Of a DNA stretch of 64,000 nt, positions 31,595 through 42,820 are shown piece by piece; the stretch's first letter is position 1; each line of letters starts with the position of its first letter. Below the pieces are notes generated by a model, which saw only the letters and a program-made list of their open reading frames with translations, was not told the DNA's origin and did no database searches. Origin of the DNA: a bacterium. GTDB taxonomy: Bacteria > Zhuqueibacterota > Zhuqueibacteria > Residuimicrobiales > Krinioviventaceae. The stretch covers positions 64,001-128,000 of the forward strand of contig CAXXFV010000023.1 in assembly GCA_963674595.2 (NCBI GenBank), written 5' to 3'. The position numbers were made by a program, and so were the translations under genes.

Positions 31595-32521
31595 TTGTCT
31601 TCTCTGCAAACGTTAACGGCAAAGACCGGTGTTCCTTTGAGTTTATTACTCAAGACCATTGGTTTGTCCTGGACCCGGTACTATGACTGGCAAAAACGTT
31701 TTGGTCAACCAAATCAACATAACAGCGACACACCTCGCAGCTTTTGGCTGGAACCGTGGGAGTGTCAACGTATCATAAAATACAAAAAGGAACATATGCA
31801 GATCGGCTATAAACGACTGACCTATATGATGCTTGATGAAAATGTTGTTGCTGTGAGCCCGTCAACGACCTATCGTATTCTGCGGAACGCCGGACTCACA
31901 AGTCAATGGAATAACAGTACGTTACAATCAAATAAGAAAGGCTTTATTCAACCCAAAAGACCGCATCAGCATTGGCATATAGATATTTCCTATATTGCCT
32001 TTCATGGTTCGCATCTCTTTTTGATTTCTGTACTGGACGGATTTTCAAGATTTATCGTTCACCATGAATTAAGAACTCATATGCAGGAATATGATGTCGA
32101 GATTGTACTGCAAAGAGCTTTGGAAAAATATCCAAATGAAAAACCTCGAATTATTTCCGATAATGGTTCACAGTTTATTGCCAATGACTTTAAATCTTTT
32201 TTAAGGTTAAATAATTTGACGCACGTTCGAACTTCGATTAATCATCCACAGTCGAATGGTAAAATTGAAGCTTTTCATAAAATCATTAAAAATGAATGCA
32301 CCCGAATTCAAAGTATGATTAATCTGGAGGATGCCAGAAATAAAGTCGTACTTTATATCCATCAATACAACTATAACCGGTTACACAGTGCTATTGGATT
32401 TATTACACCATTTGACAAATTATCAGGAAAAGCTGATAGTATTTTCAAAGAACGTGATATGAAACTTGAACAAGCCCGCCAAAGAAGGCAGGAAAACAAT
32501 AAAATTATAAAGGCAGCTTAA
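31595..32521 (+). CDS. IS transposase OrfB (rve/DDE)
   Basis: WHIDISY, ISDNGSQF, PQSNGKIEAF, YNYNRLHSAIG. Confidence 0.93.
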   Translation: MSSLQTLTAKTGVPLSLLLKTIGLSWTRYYDWQKRFGQPNQHNSDTPRSFWLEPWECQRIIKYKKEHMQIGYKRLTYMMLDENVVAVSPSTTYRILRNAGLTSQWNNSTLQSNKKGFIQPKRPHQHWHIDISYIAFHGSHLFLISVLDGFSRFIVHHELRTHMQEYDVEIVLQRALEKYPNEKPRIISDNGSQFIANDFKSFLRLNNLTHVRTSINHPQSNGKIEAFHKIIKNECTRIQSMINLEDARNKVVLYIHQYNYNRLHSAIGFITPFDKLSGKADSIFKERDMKLEQARQRRQENNKIIKAA

Positions 32522-33279
32522 AACTAACTTATTTCAAATATGCCTTTTCTCAAGTTTACCTTGAACCTTTACAATTTCTTTAAAAATTTCCTCAAATTGT
32601 TCTGGTGCAAAAGTTTTTGGTTTAGAAACAGTAACTTTGTATTGAACAAATGTTTCTCTTAACAATGTAGTAATGATGGTCAGAATGATTGATATTATTG
32701 TTGTTGTTACTTTCAAGTCTTTTTGTGCGGGAAGCATCCAAATAAGTATTAAAAATAATGGTGATAGAGTTAACCACCACCAAACTGAAAATTTCTTTAC
32801 TGCTAATTTATGTTCAATATCTTCACTTCTATCTTCATAAAATGAATTAAATCTATCAGAGACATCTAAACTAAAGTGCTCTTTAAGTTCATATAAAAAT
32901 GTTCTCCTAAAAGAATCATTAGCATATTTCCAAGCATCGTATATGAAGACAGCGATTTTTAAATTTTTATCAGTATTGAATTTTTCTTGAATTGTCCGAA
33001 TAATTGAAGATTTTCCTACGCCCCAGCCTCCAAAAAGACCAACAGTAAATGGGGTTTCGCTGGTCATTATAATTTTCTCTAATGTATCTACATAAGGTGC
33101 TGCTCCCAACTGGTCACTTTTATCAATATTAATTTCTTTGTCTTTAATATAATTAATTTTCATATTGACCTTTAATTATTGTAATAATTAATTTGCATTA
33201 TGACTTTTTAATCGCAGTGAGATAAGTCGAATTTGTCATTTAACGAACACACTCAACTTTCCCAACAAATATTGATTGT

Positions 33280-33522
33280 GAAACAATAGAAATATGATTA
33301 TCAATCCGACTCAACATTTTTTCGTGTTTATCTAATTCCCGAATTTAAAATAGATGGTAAATCAGCCAAAGGTTAATCAGAAACGCCCGTGCTCACCCAA
33401 TTGTCCCGAAAAACAAAGCTTTATGGCTGATAAAGGAATTATACAAATTATTTAAAAACAGCGCAAGGTGTTTTTAAAAAAAGTATCTCCATAATTTAAT
33501 AAAAAGGTGTTTTCAAAGAGCG
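33280..33522 (-). repeat. Promoter-leader dispersed repeat, copy 1 (upstream of KAP NTPase)
   Basis: Near-identical to 34518-34761; minus-strand TTGCGC-17-TATAAT (33466-33438). Confidence 0.85.
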
Positions 33523-33733
33523 CTTATTGGTGTCACAATGCCCTTGATTATTTTCATTTTTGGGAATGGTTGATAATCATGATACCTTTTACAATAATCT
33601 TTTATTTTATCTATATCAGAAATACTGGTAAGGATTACTAAATTTGTTCAGTGACCACGCCCGCTATAAAAAAAATGAATTTGTGTTTTGTGGTTAATTA
33701 ATTCATTCTCTCTTTACGTGCAGGGCGCTTTCT

Positions 33734-33795
33734 TAGCGGCTAAAGCCCGCTATAAAAAACTAAATTTGTGTGGCACGCGCCTTTAGGCCGTGCCA
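33734..33795. repeat. REP palindromes downstream of RAYT
   Basis: tagcggctaaagcccgcta (33734-33752); GTGTGGCACGCGCCTTTAGGCCGTGCCA (33768-33795). Confidence 0.85.
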
Positions 33796-33827
33796 TTGAA
33801 TTTATGAGAAATAAAAATTTCTAGTTA

Positions 33828-34376
33828 TTAATTCATTAAAACAGGAATGCCCAATTGATCAGGTATTAATCCTTCACCAAACATTTTGGCATGTGCTGAA
33901 GACCAAAGCCAGTCCTGGGCTTTTGGAGCCAAACCTGCACGAACCGGATTTTGTTCTATATAATGAATAGAAGCATGGATCGCTTTTGCCGACCACATGT
34001 TTCTATCATAGCCTCCACCAGCTTGCCAAAAGCGAAAGACCTTTTTGCCTTTGATTTCCAGGCACATTTTTATATATAATTCTGGATTGTTTTCTTTTAA
34101 CAGATTTCTGTACCTTGTTGACATTTTCCCTTTGATTGACTGCATTATTTTAGATATGTTATAATCCTTTTCTATTGGGTAAATTAACAGGTGAACATGT
34201 GTCGGCATTAGCACGTATGCCCAAATATGGAAATGAAACTCTTTTCCGGCTTTTTCTAACTCTTCAATAAATAAGGAACAGCTTGTACTATCAACAAGAT
34301 ATCTATATTGATGATAACATGAAAAAGTTAATTCATGAGCATGGCCTTTAATATTATAGACTCTTTTCGTTTTCAT
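33828..34376 (-). CDS. rayT: REP-associated tyrosine transposase (RAYT, HUH/Y1)
   Basis: AYVLMPTHVHLL, FWQ..GYDR, YIEQNPVRAGL, WLWSSA; flanked by inverted REPs. Confidence 0.9.
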   Translation of the reverse strand: MKTKRVYNIKGHAHELTFSCYHQYRYLVDSTSCSLFIEELEKAGKEFHFHIWAYVLMPTHVHLLIYPIEKDYNISKIMQSIKGKMSTRYRNLLKENNPELYIKMCLEIKGKKVFRFWQAGGGYDRNMWSAKAIHASIHYIEQNPVRAGLAPKAQDWLWSSAHAKMFGEGLIPDQLGIPVLMN

Positions 34377-34431
34377 TTTTTTTCAGGGTGGTATTTGAGC
34401 TTGTGTTGCTTATTTATAGTTGTTTAGCACG

Positions 34432-34458
34432 GGCACGGCCTAAAGGCGCGTGCCACAC
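34432..34458 (-). repeat. REP palindrome upstream of RAYT (inverted copy)
   Basis: ggcacggcctaaaggcgcgtgccacac = reverse complement of 33768-33794. Confidence 0.88.
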
Positions 34459-34517
34459 GTTTTTTAGTTTATTAATTTATTTTTCCGTTACGTGCAGAGC
34501 GCTTTTTTAGCGACTAC

Positions 34518-34761
34518 GAAACAATAAGAATATGATTTTAAATACGACGCAACTCTTCCTCGTATTTGTCTAATTCCCGAATTTAAAATAGATGGTAAAT
34601 CAGCCAAAGGTTAATCAGGAACGCCCGTGCTCACCCAATTGTCCTGAAAAACAAAACTGTTATGACTGATAAATGAATCATACAAATTATTTAAAAACAG
34701 CGCAAGGTGTTTTTAAAAAAAGTATCTCCATAATTTAATAAAAAGGTGTTTTCAAAGAGCG
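34518..34761 (-). repeat. Promoter-leader dispersed repeat, copy 2 (upstream of RAYT)
   Basis: Minus-strand TTGCGC-17-TATGAT (34705-34677); direct repeat of 33280-33522. Confidence 0.85.
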
Positions 34762-34866
34762 ATATGTTTTGTACTTTCTTATAGTATCATAACACGAAAA
34801 GTGTTTTTTAAAATTCAGGGGACAATATACAATATTAATAAAAATCCTGTTTATAAGGGAGTTGAA

Positions 34867-37800
34867 ATGATCAAGAATGCACCTTTGTATGGGAAAATTT
34901 TATCGTTATTTATTTTTGTTTTAATAGTCGGTTTTATGAGCTGTGGGCCGGATAATGAAAACGGCTGGACCACCTATCGCCACGACGGTTTTCGCAGCGG
35001 TGTAACGACGACTCCGTTGCCGGATAACCTTCAGCCGCAATGGACTTTTAAAACCTCACACGAACCAGTCACGGCCTGGCACAAACCCGGCGAAGAATTA
35101 CCCCGAATGCATTCCGACAACACCTACCATATCACCGCCGCAAACGGCCTCACCTATTTTGGTTCTTCTGTTGATGATAAAGTTTATGCCCTGGATACAT
35201 TTACCGGCAAAATAAAATGGACATTTTTTACAAACGGTCCGGTTCGCTTTGCGCCATCGTTATGGAAGGGCCGTGTTTATGTCGGCTCGGATGACGGACA
35301 TGTTTATTGTTTAAAAGCATCCAGCGGCAAACTGATCTGGAAATACCGGCCGGGACCGTCGGACAAAAAGGTGCTGGGAAACGGACGAATGATTTCCCTG
35401 TGGCCGGTGCGTACCAGTGTTCTGGTTAAGCATGATGTTGTTTATTGTGGCGCCGGTGTTTTTCCCTATGAAGGTATTTATATTTGTGCCCTGAATGCCA
35501 GGAACGGAAATATTCTCTGGAAAAATGATACCATCGGTGACAAGGCCTATGAACTGCAATACGGCGGTATTTCTCCGCACGGGTATTTACTCGGGCTTCA
35601 AAGGACGTTTTATACGTCCCATCCGGTCGGGCCATGCCGGCTGCATTCAACCTTTACAATGGTCAGTTTCTTTACACATTGAGTCCGGGCAGCAAAGTTG
35701 GTGGCACCTGGGGACTCATTAGTGATGATTTGCTGATTGCCGGTGTTGACCGCTCCGGTACGCCCGCCAAGGTGGCTTATGATGTGGAAACCGGACGCCG
35801 TCAGGGCGATGCATTTGTCTCTCTGGACGGTATTGACATGGTGACTACCAAAAATATTTCCTATGTGGTGACGCAAGAGGGAATCCATGCGGTGGACCGT
35901 ATCAAATTTCCCACTATTAAAGACAGAATTGATTCGTTACAAAAAAAGATGTCCGGCATCAATAAATCATTGCGCAAAATGGCCCAGGTCAATCTGGAAT
36001 CCAATATTAAGGCAAACAAAGAATTTAAATCAGCCATTACTGAAATGGAGGGGTTAAAATCTGAAATTGAACAGATTAAAAATTCTGCCATCAAATGGCA
36101 GATCAATAAAAAGGACCTTAATACAATTATTATGGCGGATAACAAACTTGTGGCCGGAGGCAAAGATGCTGTTTTTATACTCGACGCACAGACCGGCAAA
36201 GACCTGCAAAAGCTTGAAATTCAGGGTACGGCCATGGGACTGGCCGTGTCTGACGGTTGTTTGCTGACCACCAATGAAAAGGGTCAAATATTTTGTTTTG
36301 GTAAAAAAAATGTGCCAGATACTGAAATGATTGAGCCAAACCTGACCGCTTCCGGATTTGAAAAGCACAAATTGTCCTCGTTTTATCAAAAAGCAGCGGA
36401 ACAGATTTTGCAAGAAACCGGTGTTAAAAAAGGCTATTGCCTGGTATTGGGTGCCCGGGAAGGCCGACTTGCATACGAACTTGCCCGAAAAAGTGATTTA
36501 AAGGTAATCGGCATTGAAAAAGATGCCGGTAAGATAAAAAAAGCGCGGAAGAATTTGGACAAAGCCGGATTATACGGTTCACGTGTTGTCGTTGAAAACT
36601 GGGACATTTCGAATCTGCCGGACTATTTTGCCAATCTTGTTGTTTCCGATGATTTTCTCTTATCCGGTAAAATAAATACCGATTCAAAAGAGATTTATCG
36701 GGTGCTCAAACCTCTGGGCGGAGTAGCTTGTTTTGGTCAGGCAGAGGATATGGATCATCCGATGCGGGCAATGGACCAGCAGGCTCTTGTCGAACAGATG
36801 CAGCAACTTGATGGAACGTTATCACAAAACAGCAGTAACTGGGTTACTGTGACACGTGGCGCCCTCCAGGGCGCCGGCGGCTGGACGCACCAGTATGCTG
36901 ATCCGGCTAATACGGTATGCTCTGATGATCAGTTGACCAATTATCCTTTTAGCGTGTTGTGGTTCGGTGAACCAGGTCCGGAAAAAATGGTGGAACGTCA
37001 TGCCCGTGCCGCTTCACCGGTTGCCCGGGACGGCCGTATGTTTATTCAGGGCGAAAATGTGATCATGGCTTATGATACTTATAACGGCGTTAAACTATGG
37101 GAGCGGGACATTCCGGGAGCGAACCGGGTGCGCGTGGATGTGGACGGCGGTAACCTGGCCTTGTCCGATTATGGATTGCTGGTGGCGACAGGTAACCAAT
37201 GTTTGCTTCTTGATGTACAGACCGGTCAAACCCTGAAAACATTTGAATTACCGGCTTTAACGCATAGTAAATCCCGGCGTTGGGGGTATATAGCCTGTTC
37301 CGGTTCGACGCTTTATGGATCTGCAGCGAAATCTTTTGCCAACGAATACAATTTTTTGTGGAAAAATATAAGCGGGAAAATAGCGAAAAAAGGTTCGGAA
37401 CAATCAGGCGTATCATCCTACATGGCGTCTCAATTTCAGTCAGAGGAACGGGCCAGAAATGAAATGCAGCAGTCCGGCGCCAAGTGGCATTTTATCACCA
37501 ATTTCCCTGCCTGGGACGGCGGTATCGTTGGTGTGGAACCGGCAACTGAACAAATTATGCGTAGCGATGTCCTGTTTGCTATGGATATTAAAACCGGCAA
37601 AACCAAATGGATATATCAGGGTAAAAAAATCGGACATATAACCATTTCCATAGGTGACGGCAAAATTCATTTTGCAGATAACCAGGTCACCCCGGAACAA
37701 AAGCAAAAAGCGATTCAGGTTCGGAAAAAATATACTCAGGAAGGCATCTGGGAAGACTATGCCGAGCCGGTGAAAAACAATCAGACTGATGTTCGTCTGG

Positions 37801-39875
37801 TAACGGTATTGGACTGTGAAACAGGTGCTAAAATTTGGCAACAGCCGGTTGATCTGTCCGGATGCGGCGGTGATGCGGTTGCATCTGCTTATAAAGACAA
37901 TACCCTGCTTTTCTTTGGCAGTTTTGGTTTACATGATAAATGGCGTTTCCCGGCTGGTGAATTGAAATGGCACCGGGTGACGGCCTTGTCCTCAGATACC
38001 GGACACCTGCTATGGTCCCGGCCGCTTAACTATATGGTCCGTCCGGTTATTATAGACGACACAATTATTGTCGAACCCCGTGCCTGTGATCTGAAAACAG
38101 GGAAAATTAAAACTCGTGTGCATCCAATCACCGGGCAGACTGTTCCATGGGAATATTACCGTCCCGGCCATACCTGCGCTGTAACATCGGCAAGTTCTAC
38201 CTGCCTGTTTTACCGTTCTTATAATGCGGCCTTTTATGATTTGAAAAACGATCAAGGCATTACTTATTACGGCGCTATCCGTCCGGGCTGCTGGATCAAC
38301 ATGGTCCCGGCCAACGGGTTGTTATTGTTTCCGGAAGCAAGCGCGGGCTGTACGTGCTCTTTTCCACTGCGGACTACCATGGTTTTGAAACCCCAGCCTT
38401 ATGACAATAAAAGTGACTGGAGTATTTTTGTCAGCCAGGGACCGGTAACACCGGTTAAACGGCTCGCCATTAATCTGGGTGCGCCCGGTGATAAAAAGGA
38501 TAATGGCGGCAATATCTGGTTTGGTTATCCGCGACCGGGTATAGGTTATGGAATAAAATTTGATCTTAACGAAAAGATCCGGGATAATATGGGTTATTTT
38601 TATTATGATGCCCGGGGTGTGGATATTAAGGGCACGGACAAACCATGGCTATGTACATCCGGGTGTGCCGGTCTTTCCGAATGTACTATTCCATTGATCG
38701 ATGAACTTTGGAATGCAGAACCGGGACGTTATACTGTGAGACTCGGTTTTTTCGCACCTTTAGGGAACCGAACCTTTGATATTAAACTTCAGGATGAAAC
38801 CGTGCTTCAGGATTTTAACCTGACAAAGGAAGCGGGTCGGGACAAACACGTGATTGTCAAAGAATTTAATAATGTACAGGTTACAGGAGACCTTGTACTG
38901 GAACTGGTCCCGAAAAAAGAGACGGTAAACGCCGACCAGGCGCCGGTTATTAATTTTATTGAAATCCTTCGTAAAGATGTTGCCGCTGTTGCCGAATCGG
39001 CTGTTTCAAAAGAGCTGTTGAAAAACAGCAAAGCAAATGAAATGTTAAGAATGGCCCAAAAAGCTTTGGCGGATAATGATGTAAACAAGGCGCTGGACCT
39101 TTTTCATACTGTTTTTAAAACTTCTTCTAAAGCTGCGCAAATAAAAGCGTTGCATGGTATGGAACAAATCGGCAGTCCAAAATCTTTGAACGTCATTGAG
39201 AAATATTTACGATACACAGAACCAATATATTGGGATTACAAGATTCCCACATCAGATTTTATTGATAAAGTTAATGCTGTATATGTCGCTATTGCCCTAA
39301 ACCAGGCTGATACAAATCCGCAAAAGGCAAAAGCCATGCTGGACCAGGCTTCAAGGATAGCCACAGATGTCAAGTTGAAACAGAAAATTTCCGCCGAACT
39401 TTTTAAACTTGGTGATCAATCAACAACGGCAATTTCTGACAATATGGTTCCCGGAATATCCTATGATTTTTACGAAGGTCATTTTACGACGGTCGATGGC
39501 TTGGATCTGTCGCAGCCAAAAAGCAGTGGTGTGATGAACACAATAAAACTTGATGAACCGAAAGGTGTTGACAGTTTTGGTTATCATTTCAAAGGTTACC
39601 TGTCTGTTCCAAAAGACGGCTTTTATACTTTTTTTATAGAATCAAATGACGGCAGCAAACTGTATATTCATGATCGGGAGCTTGTCAATAACGACGGCGC
39701 GCATGGTGTTAAAGAGGAATCCGGCAAGACGTTTTTACAAAAAGGATTGCAGCCTTTTGCTGTAAAATATTTTCAGATGGGCAGCGGTAAGGCCCTGAAA
39801 GTGAGCTGGCAGAGTGATAACTCGGCTAAAAAAGAAATTAGTCAGAAATACTTTTTTCATGAGGTCGCTAAATAA
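34867..39875 (+). CDS. Large BamB/PQQ beta-propeller lipoprotein with SAM-MTase-like, malectin-like, HEAT and PA14 regions (frameshift near 35593)
   Basis: WTTYRHD..RSG, repeated TGKxxW motifs, GYCLVLG..EGRLAYELA, ESNDGSKLY..NDGAH; the two ORFs join as SPHGYLL-ASKDVLYVPSGRAMP. Confidence 0.75.
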
Positions 39876-39936
39876 TCTGGTTTCAGGTGGATAATGTATA
39901 TAGTTGAATAAAATTGTATGCTTGTAAAAAGCATAG

Positions 39937-41112
39937 TTGTGGATTTTTATGAAATTTTTTGAAAAGCTGTTTTTCCTTTTTATCGCCTCTTGTTTTATTT
40001 ACAGTCCAAACGCCTTGGCTTGTAAATACACGGTGCGTGATATTGGTTTTACAGATCTGGGATCGTCACCGTACCAGCTCTATTTTTATGTTGATGCCGG
40101 CACGCCACAGGACATTATAAACTCCTTTGAACGATTTGCCTATGCGTCATTGCTTGAATCCAATGTAGAAACTCACACTATTCACGTACAACAGCAGAAA
40201 AATCATCAGGCCCTGGCTTTTCTGAATGCACAAAAAAGATCTTTGCCTCTTGTTATTCTTGTTGATGAAAGAGGCAGGACAATTAATTTGCCGCTCAATT
40301 TAACGAACGGTGATGTAAAACAAAATATCTGGCAAACCGTTGAGAGTGCTGTTTCTTCGCACCTGCGTCAAAAAATTGTGGATTTGGTCACCACAACATT
40401 TGGTGTTGTTCTGCTGATTGAAGGAACAGATAATACTGCCAATGATTTGGCAGTATCACGTATCGACAAAGCTGTTGACGATATTTCACAAATCCAACGC
40501 ATTATGCCCAAACCTGTTAAAGGACGGCCCCAGGTTGTAAAACTGTCCCGGAAAGATTTTTTGCAAGAAAAAGTATTACTCTGGAGCCTGGATATCGATA
40601 CGGAAAAAATTACAGGACCCCAGGTTGCGGTGTTATTCGGCAGGGGGCGGCGTATTGGTTCGGTGTTAAGCGGCCAGGACATTACCCGTGAAAACATTTT
40701 TGGCCTGCTGGCTATCATTGGTGCAGACTGCGAGTGTGGTCTGGACAAATCCATAATGCTGGGAAAAATGATTCCGTTGAGATGGGAAAAGCATGTGCAG
40801 ACGATTCTCGTTTCCAGTCTCGGCTTTGATGTGGAAAATCCCATGATCAAAGCAGAAATGGGACAGATTTTGTCCATCGCACCAACAAAACAGGGTAAAA
40901 ATCCTTTAACAGCCTACCAGGAAGGTATTGTTCGGTTTGACAGTGTCATGTCCGTACCCACCATGTCGTCCAACCAATTCAGACCAGTATCATCTAATTC
41001 TTCTCTTGCAAAGGGCTTTTCGTGGTTATCTGTTGGATTTTTAGCAGGAACCGGTTTAATAATCGTTATTTTAGTTTTTTCTGCTGTGATATTTTTCAAA
41101 GTGAAAAAGTAG
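39937..41112 (+). CDS. Hypothetical exported protein with C-terminal TM anchor
   Basis: Signal peptide ALA-CKYTVRD; ADCECG; terminal TM followed by KK. Confidence 0.6.
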   Translation: MWIFMKFFEKLFFLFIASCFIYSPNALACKYTVRDIGFTDLGSSPYQLYFYVDAGTPQDIINSFERFAYASLLESNVETHTIHVQQQKNHQALAFLNAQKRSLPLVILVDERGRTINLPLNLTNGDVKQNIWQTVESAVSSHLRQKIVDLVTTTFGVVLLIEGTDNTANDLAVSRIDKAVDDISQIQRIMPKPVKGRPQVVKLSRKDFLQEKVLLWSLDIDTEKITGPQVAVLFGRGRRIGSVLSGQDITRENIFGLLAIIGADCECGLDKSIMLGKMIPLRWEKHVQTILVSSLGFDVENPMIKAEMGQILSIAPTKQGKNPLTAYQEGIVRFDSVMSVPTMSSNQFRPVSSNSSLAKGFSWLSVGFLAGTGLIIVILVFSAVIFFKVKK

Positions 41113-41117
41113 GGGAG

Positions 41118-41141
41118 AACACCGCTCTAAAGAACGGCGTT
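41118..41141. repeat. REP-like palindrome / possible terminator
   Basis: aacaccgctctaaagaacggcgtt, similar to 57288-57310. Confidence 0.5.
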
Positions 41142-41212
41142 GGGCATTCATTGTCAAGTTCTATTTTTTTGATAATTAAAATGTCGAACTCCGGCCTTTA
41201 ATCCTGTATAAT

Positions 41213-42718
41213 TTAATAAATCTCTGCAAGTTTAGATGCCGCATTTTCAATGCCAGTATTAAATAGAGTTCCCAAATCTCCTTTAACCTCTTCTTTAACT
41301 ATTTTTAAGAGCTCCCCGGTGTTCACTTTATTGCAATGTAATTGGATTGAATAAAAAGAGTCAACTTTACTGACGCTTCCGCTTATAATATGCTGGACGT
41401 TTAATAATTTTCCTATTTCAACCAGATTTGTCGTTGTTATATCACCCAATTGTTTGAATCCGTGCTTTAGAAGTATACTATCTATTTCTTTCCGGTCCAT
41501 TATTTTCATTTTGCCTAAACAAAACAGTTCATATTGTAACCTGTCTGTTAATTCGAGTGTTATATTGTCTGAAATTCCTTCTGTCTTGAGTTTTAAAATG
41601 GCGATCTTTTTTTGGTCCAGGGCAGGGAATTCGTTTTTGTATTTTAATATTATGCTTTCAATATCAATATTTAAGTATCTTTTATTAAAGTCCTGATTTG
41701 GTTCTGACTCCAAATAAAGTTCATAATATTTTAGCGATTGCGATAGATTACCTTTTGTTTCATAACTCAATGCTAGAATTAATTTTGCCCAGGTGAGGTC
41801 TGATTTTGCTTTCAACGCAGCTTTACACGTTTCGATTGCTTTATCGTATGACCCAAGACCATACAGTGCCCATCCGATATTTTCTTGAAATCCTGCAAAA
41901 TTATTTAAATTATATACATTGCGAAAATCCACTAATCCATTTTCATAGTCCTTTTGTGCACAATATAGAATACCTCTCAAGTTTAATGCTTTTTCACTTT
42001 TCGGATTAATACCTAAAGCCATATTGCAGTCTTTAAGTGCAAGTACATAATCACCTTTAATTTCATATACCAAAGCCCTTTGAAAATATGCGTCATCGTT
42101 ATTTGGATCAAGTTGAATCACTTTTGAATAATCACTAATAGATGATTGGAAGTTTTGTGCTTCTTTATAAGCAAATGCCCGCCAAATATATGTTTGCAGA
42201 CTGTCTGAAGAATTTACGAAAAGATGTTTTGTTAAATCCTTTATTGCCAAATCATAGTTACCGATTTTGATAAGGGATATACCCCTTAAATAATATATAT
42301 TTTTAGGAAAATCCTCGTCGCTGGATTTGATATCTAATGCTTGTGATAAATCTTTTACGGCCTCTTGAAATTTTTGTGTATAAAAATATGCAGCACCTCT
42401 GCAATAGTAATTAAGTGGAATATTTTTATTTAATTCGATTGCTTTTGTAAAATCCTTTATTGCCAAGTTTAGATTCATTTTTAGTGAATAAGCTAGTCCC
42501 CTTACCCGATATGACAGGTCATAATTTGGATTATATCTTATTGCCTCTGTGGCTTTAGAGATGGCCTGATCATATTTTTCTTCATCTAAAAGTTGGGATG
42601 CCTGTATAGCTAGCTTTTCTTCCTTTTGGGCCATAGCGGCAGTTATCACAAATAGAATGATATAAATGATTTGCAGATTTTTTGTTTTATTCATCAAAAT
42701 ATCTCCTTTACAACGCAA
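41213..42718 (-). CDS. Secreted TPR protein with C-terminal CsgG/TolB-N-like domain (start probably ATG 42694)
   Basis: Many TPRs (AYFQRA..AIKDFTKAIEL); IAIL...MDRKEIDSIL...EIGKLLNVQHIISGSV. Confidence 0.8.
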   Translation of the reverse strand: MRCKGDILMNKTKNLQIIYIILFVITAAMAQKEEKLAIQASQLLDEEKYDQAISKATEAIRYNPNYDLSYRVRGLAYSLKMNLNLAIKDFTKAIELNKNIPLNYYCRGAAYFYTQKFQEAVKDLSQALDIKSSDEDFPKNIYYLRGISLIKIGNYDLAIKDLTKHLFVNSSDSLQTYIWRAFAYKEAQNFQSSISDYSKVIQLDPNNDDAYFQRALVYEIKGDYVLALKDCNMALGINPKSEKALNLRGILYCAQKDYENGLVDFRNVYNLNNFAGFQENIGWALYGLGSYDKAIETCKAALKAKSDLTWAKLILALSYETKGNLSQSLKYYELYLESEPNQDFNKRYLNIDIESIILKYKNEFPALDQKKIAILKLKTEGISDNITLELTDRLQYELFCLGKMKIMDRKEIDSILLKHGFKQLGDITTTNLVEIGKLLNVQHIISGSVSKVDSFYSIQLHCNKVNTGELLKIVKEEVKGDLGTLFNTGIENAASKLAEIY

Positions 42719-42820
42719 AAGGCTTTATATTTATAATGGAAAGGGTGTTTAAAGGCTATTTGCACCCAAGATAACATATTTTTAAAAGTGTCCTGTAAGA
42801 AATAATAAATTTGTGTATTT

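Larger units (their letters stand above)
31177..32573 (+). mobile_element. IS3-family-type insertion sequence, 1397 bp, with 5-bp TSD ATTTC
   Basis: IRL TGTAAtacTTatcttTgAACTTGAGAAAAGG vs IRR(rc) TGTAAaggTTcaaggTaAACTTGAGAAAAGG; ATTTC at 31172-31176 and 32574-32578. Confidence 0.92.
28618..33163 (-). pseudogene. KAP-family P-loop NTPase (1047 aa when restored) interrupted by an IS
   Basis: N-part: GLFGGWGVGKSS, YDAWKY, 2 TM; C-part: IVIDNIDRC, NPRKIIQFLN; removing the IS and one TSD gives in-frame EEIFKEIINSLT. Confidence 0.9.

Noticed and set aside
33280-33430. Leader repeat as a conserved small ORF
   Set aside because: In-frame stops and frame differences between copies; ORF 43032-43232 is antisense to the promoter and not preserved
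33280-34761. CRISPR array or known riboswitch
   Set aside because: Repeats are long and dispersed with no repeat-spacer periodicity or cas genes; no riboswitch consensus that I recognise
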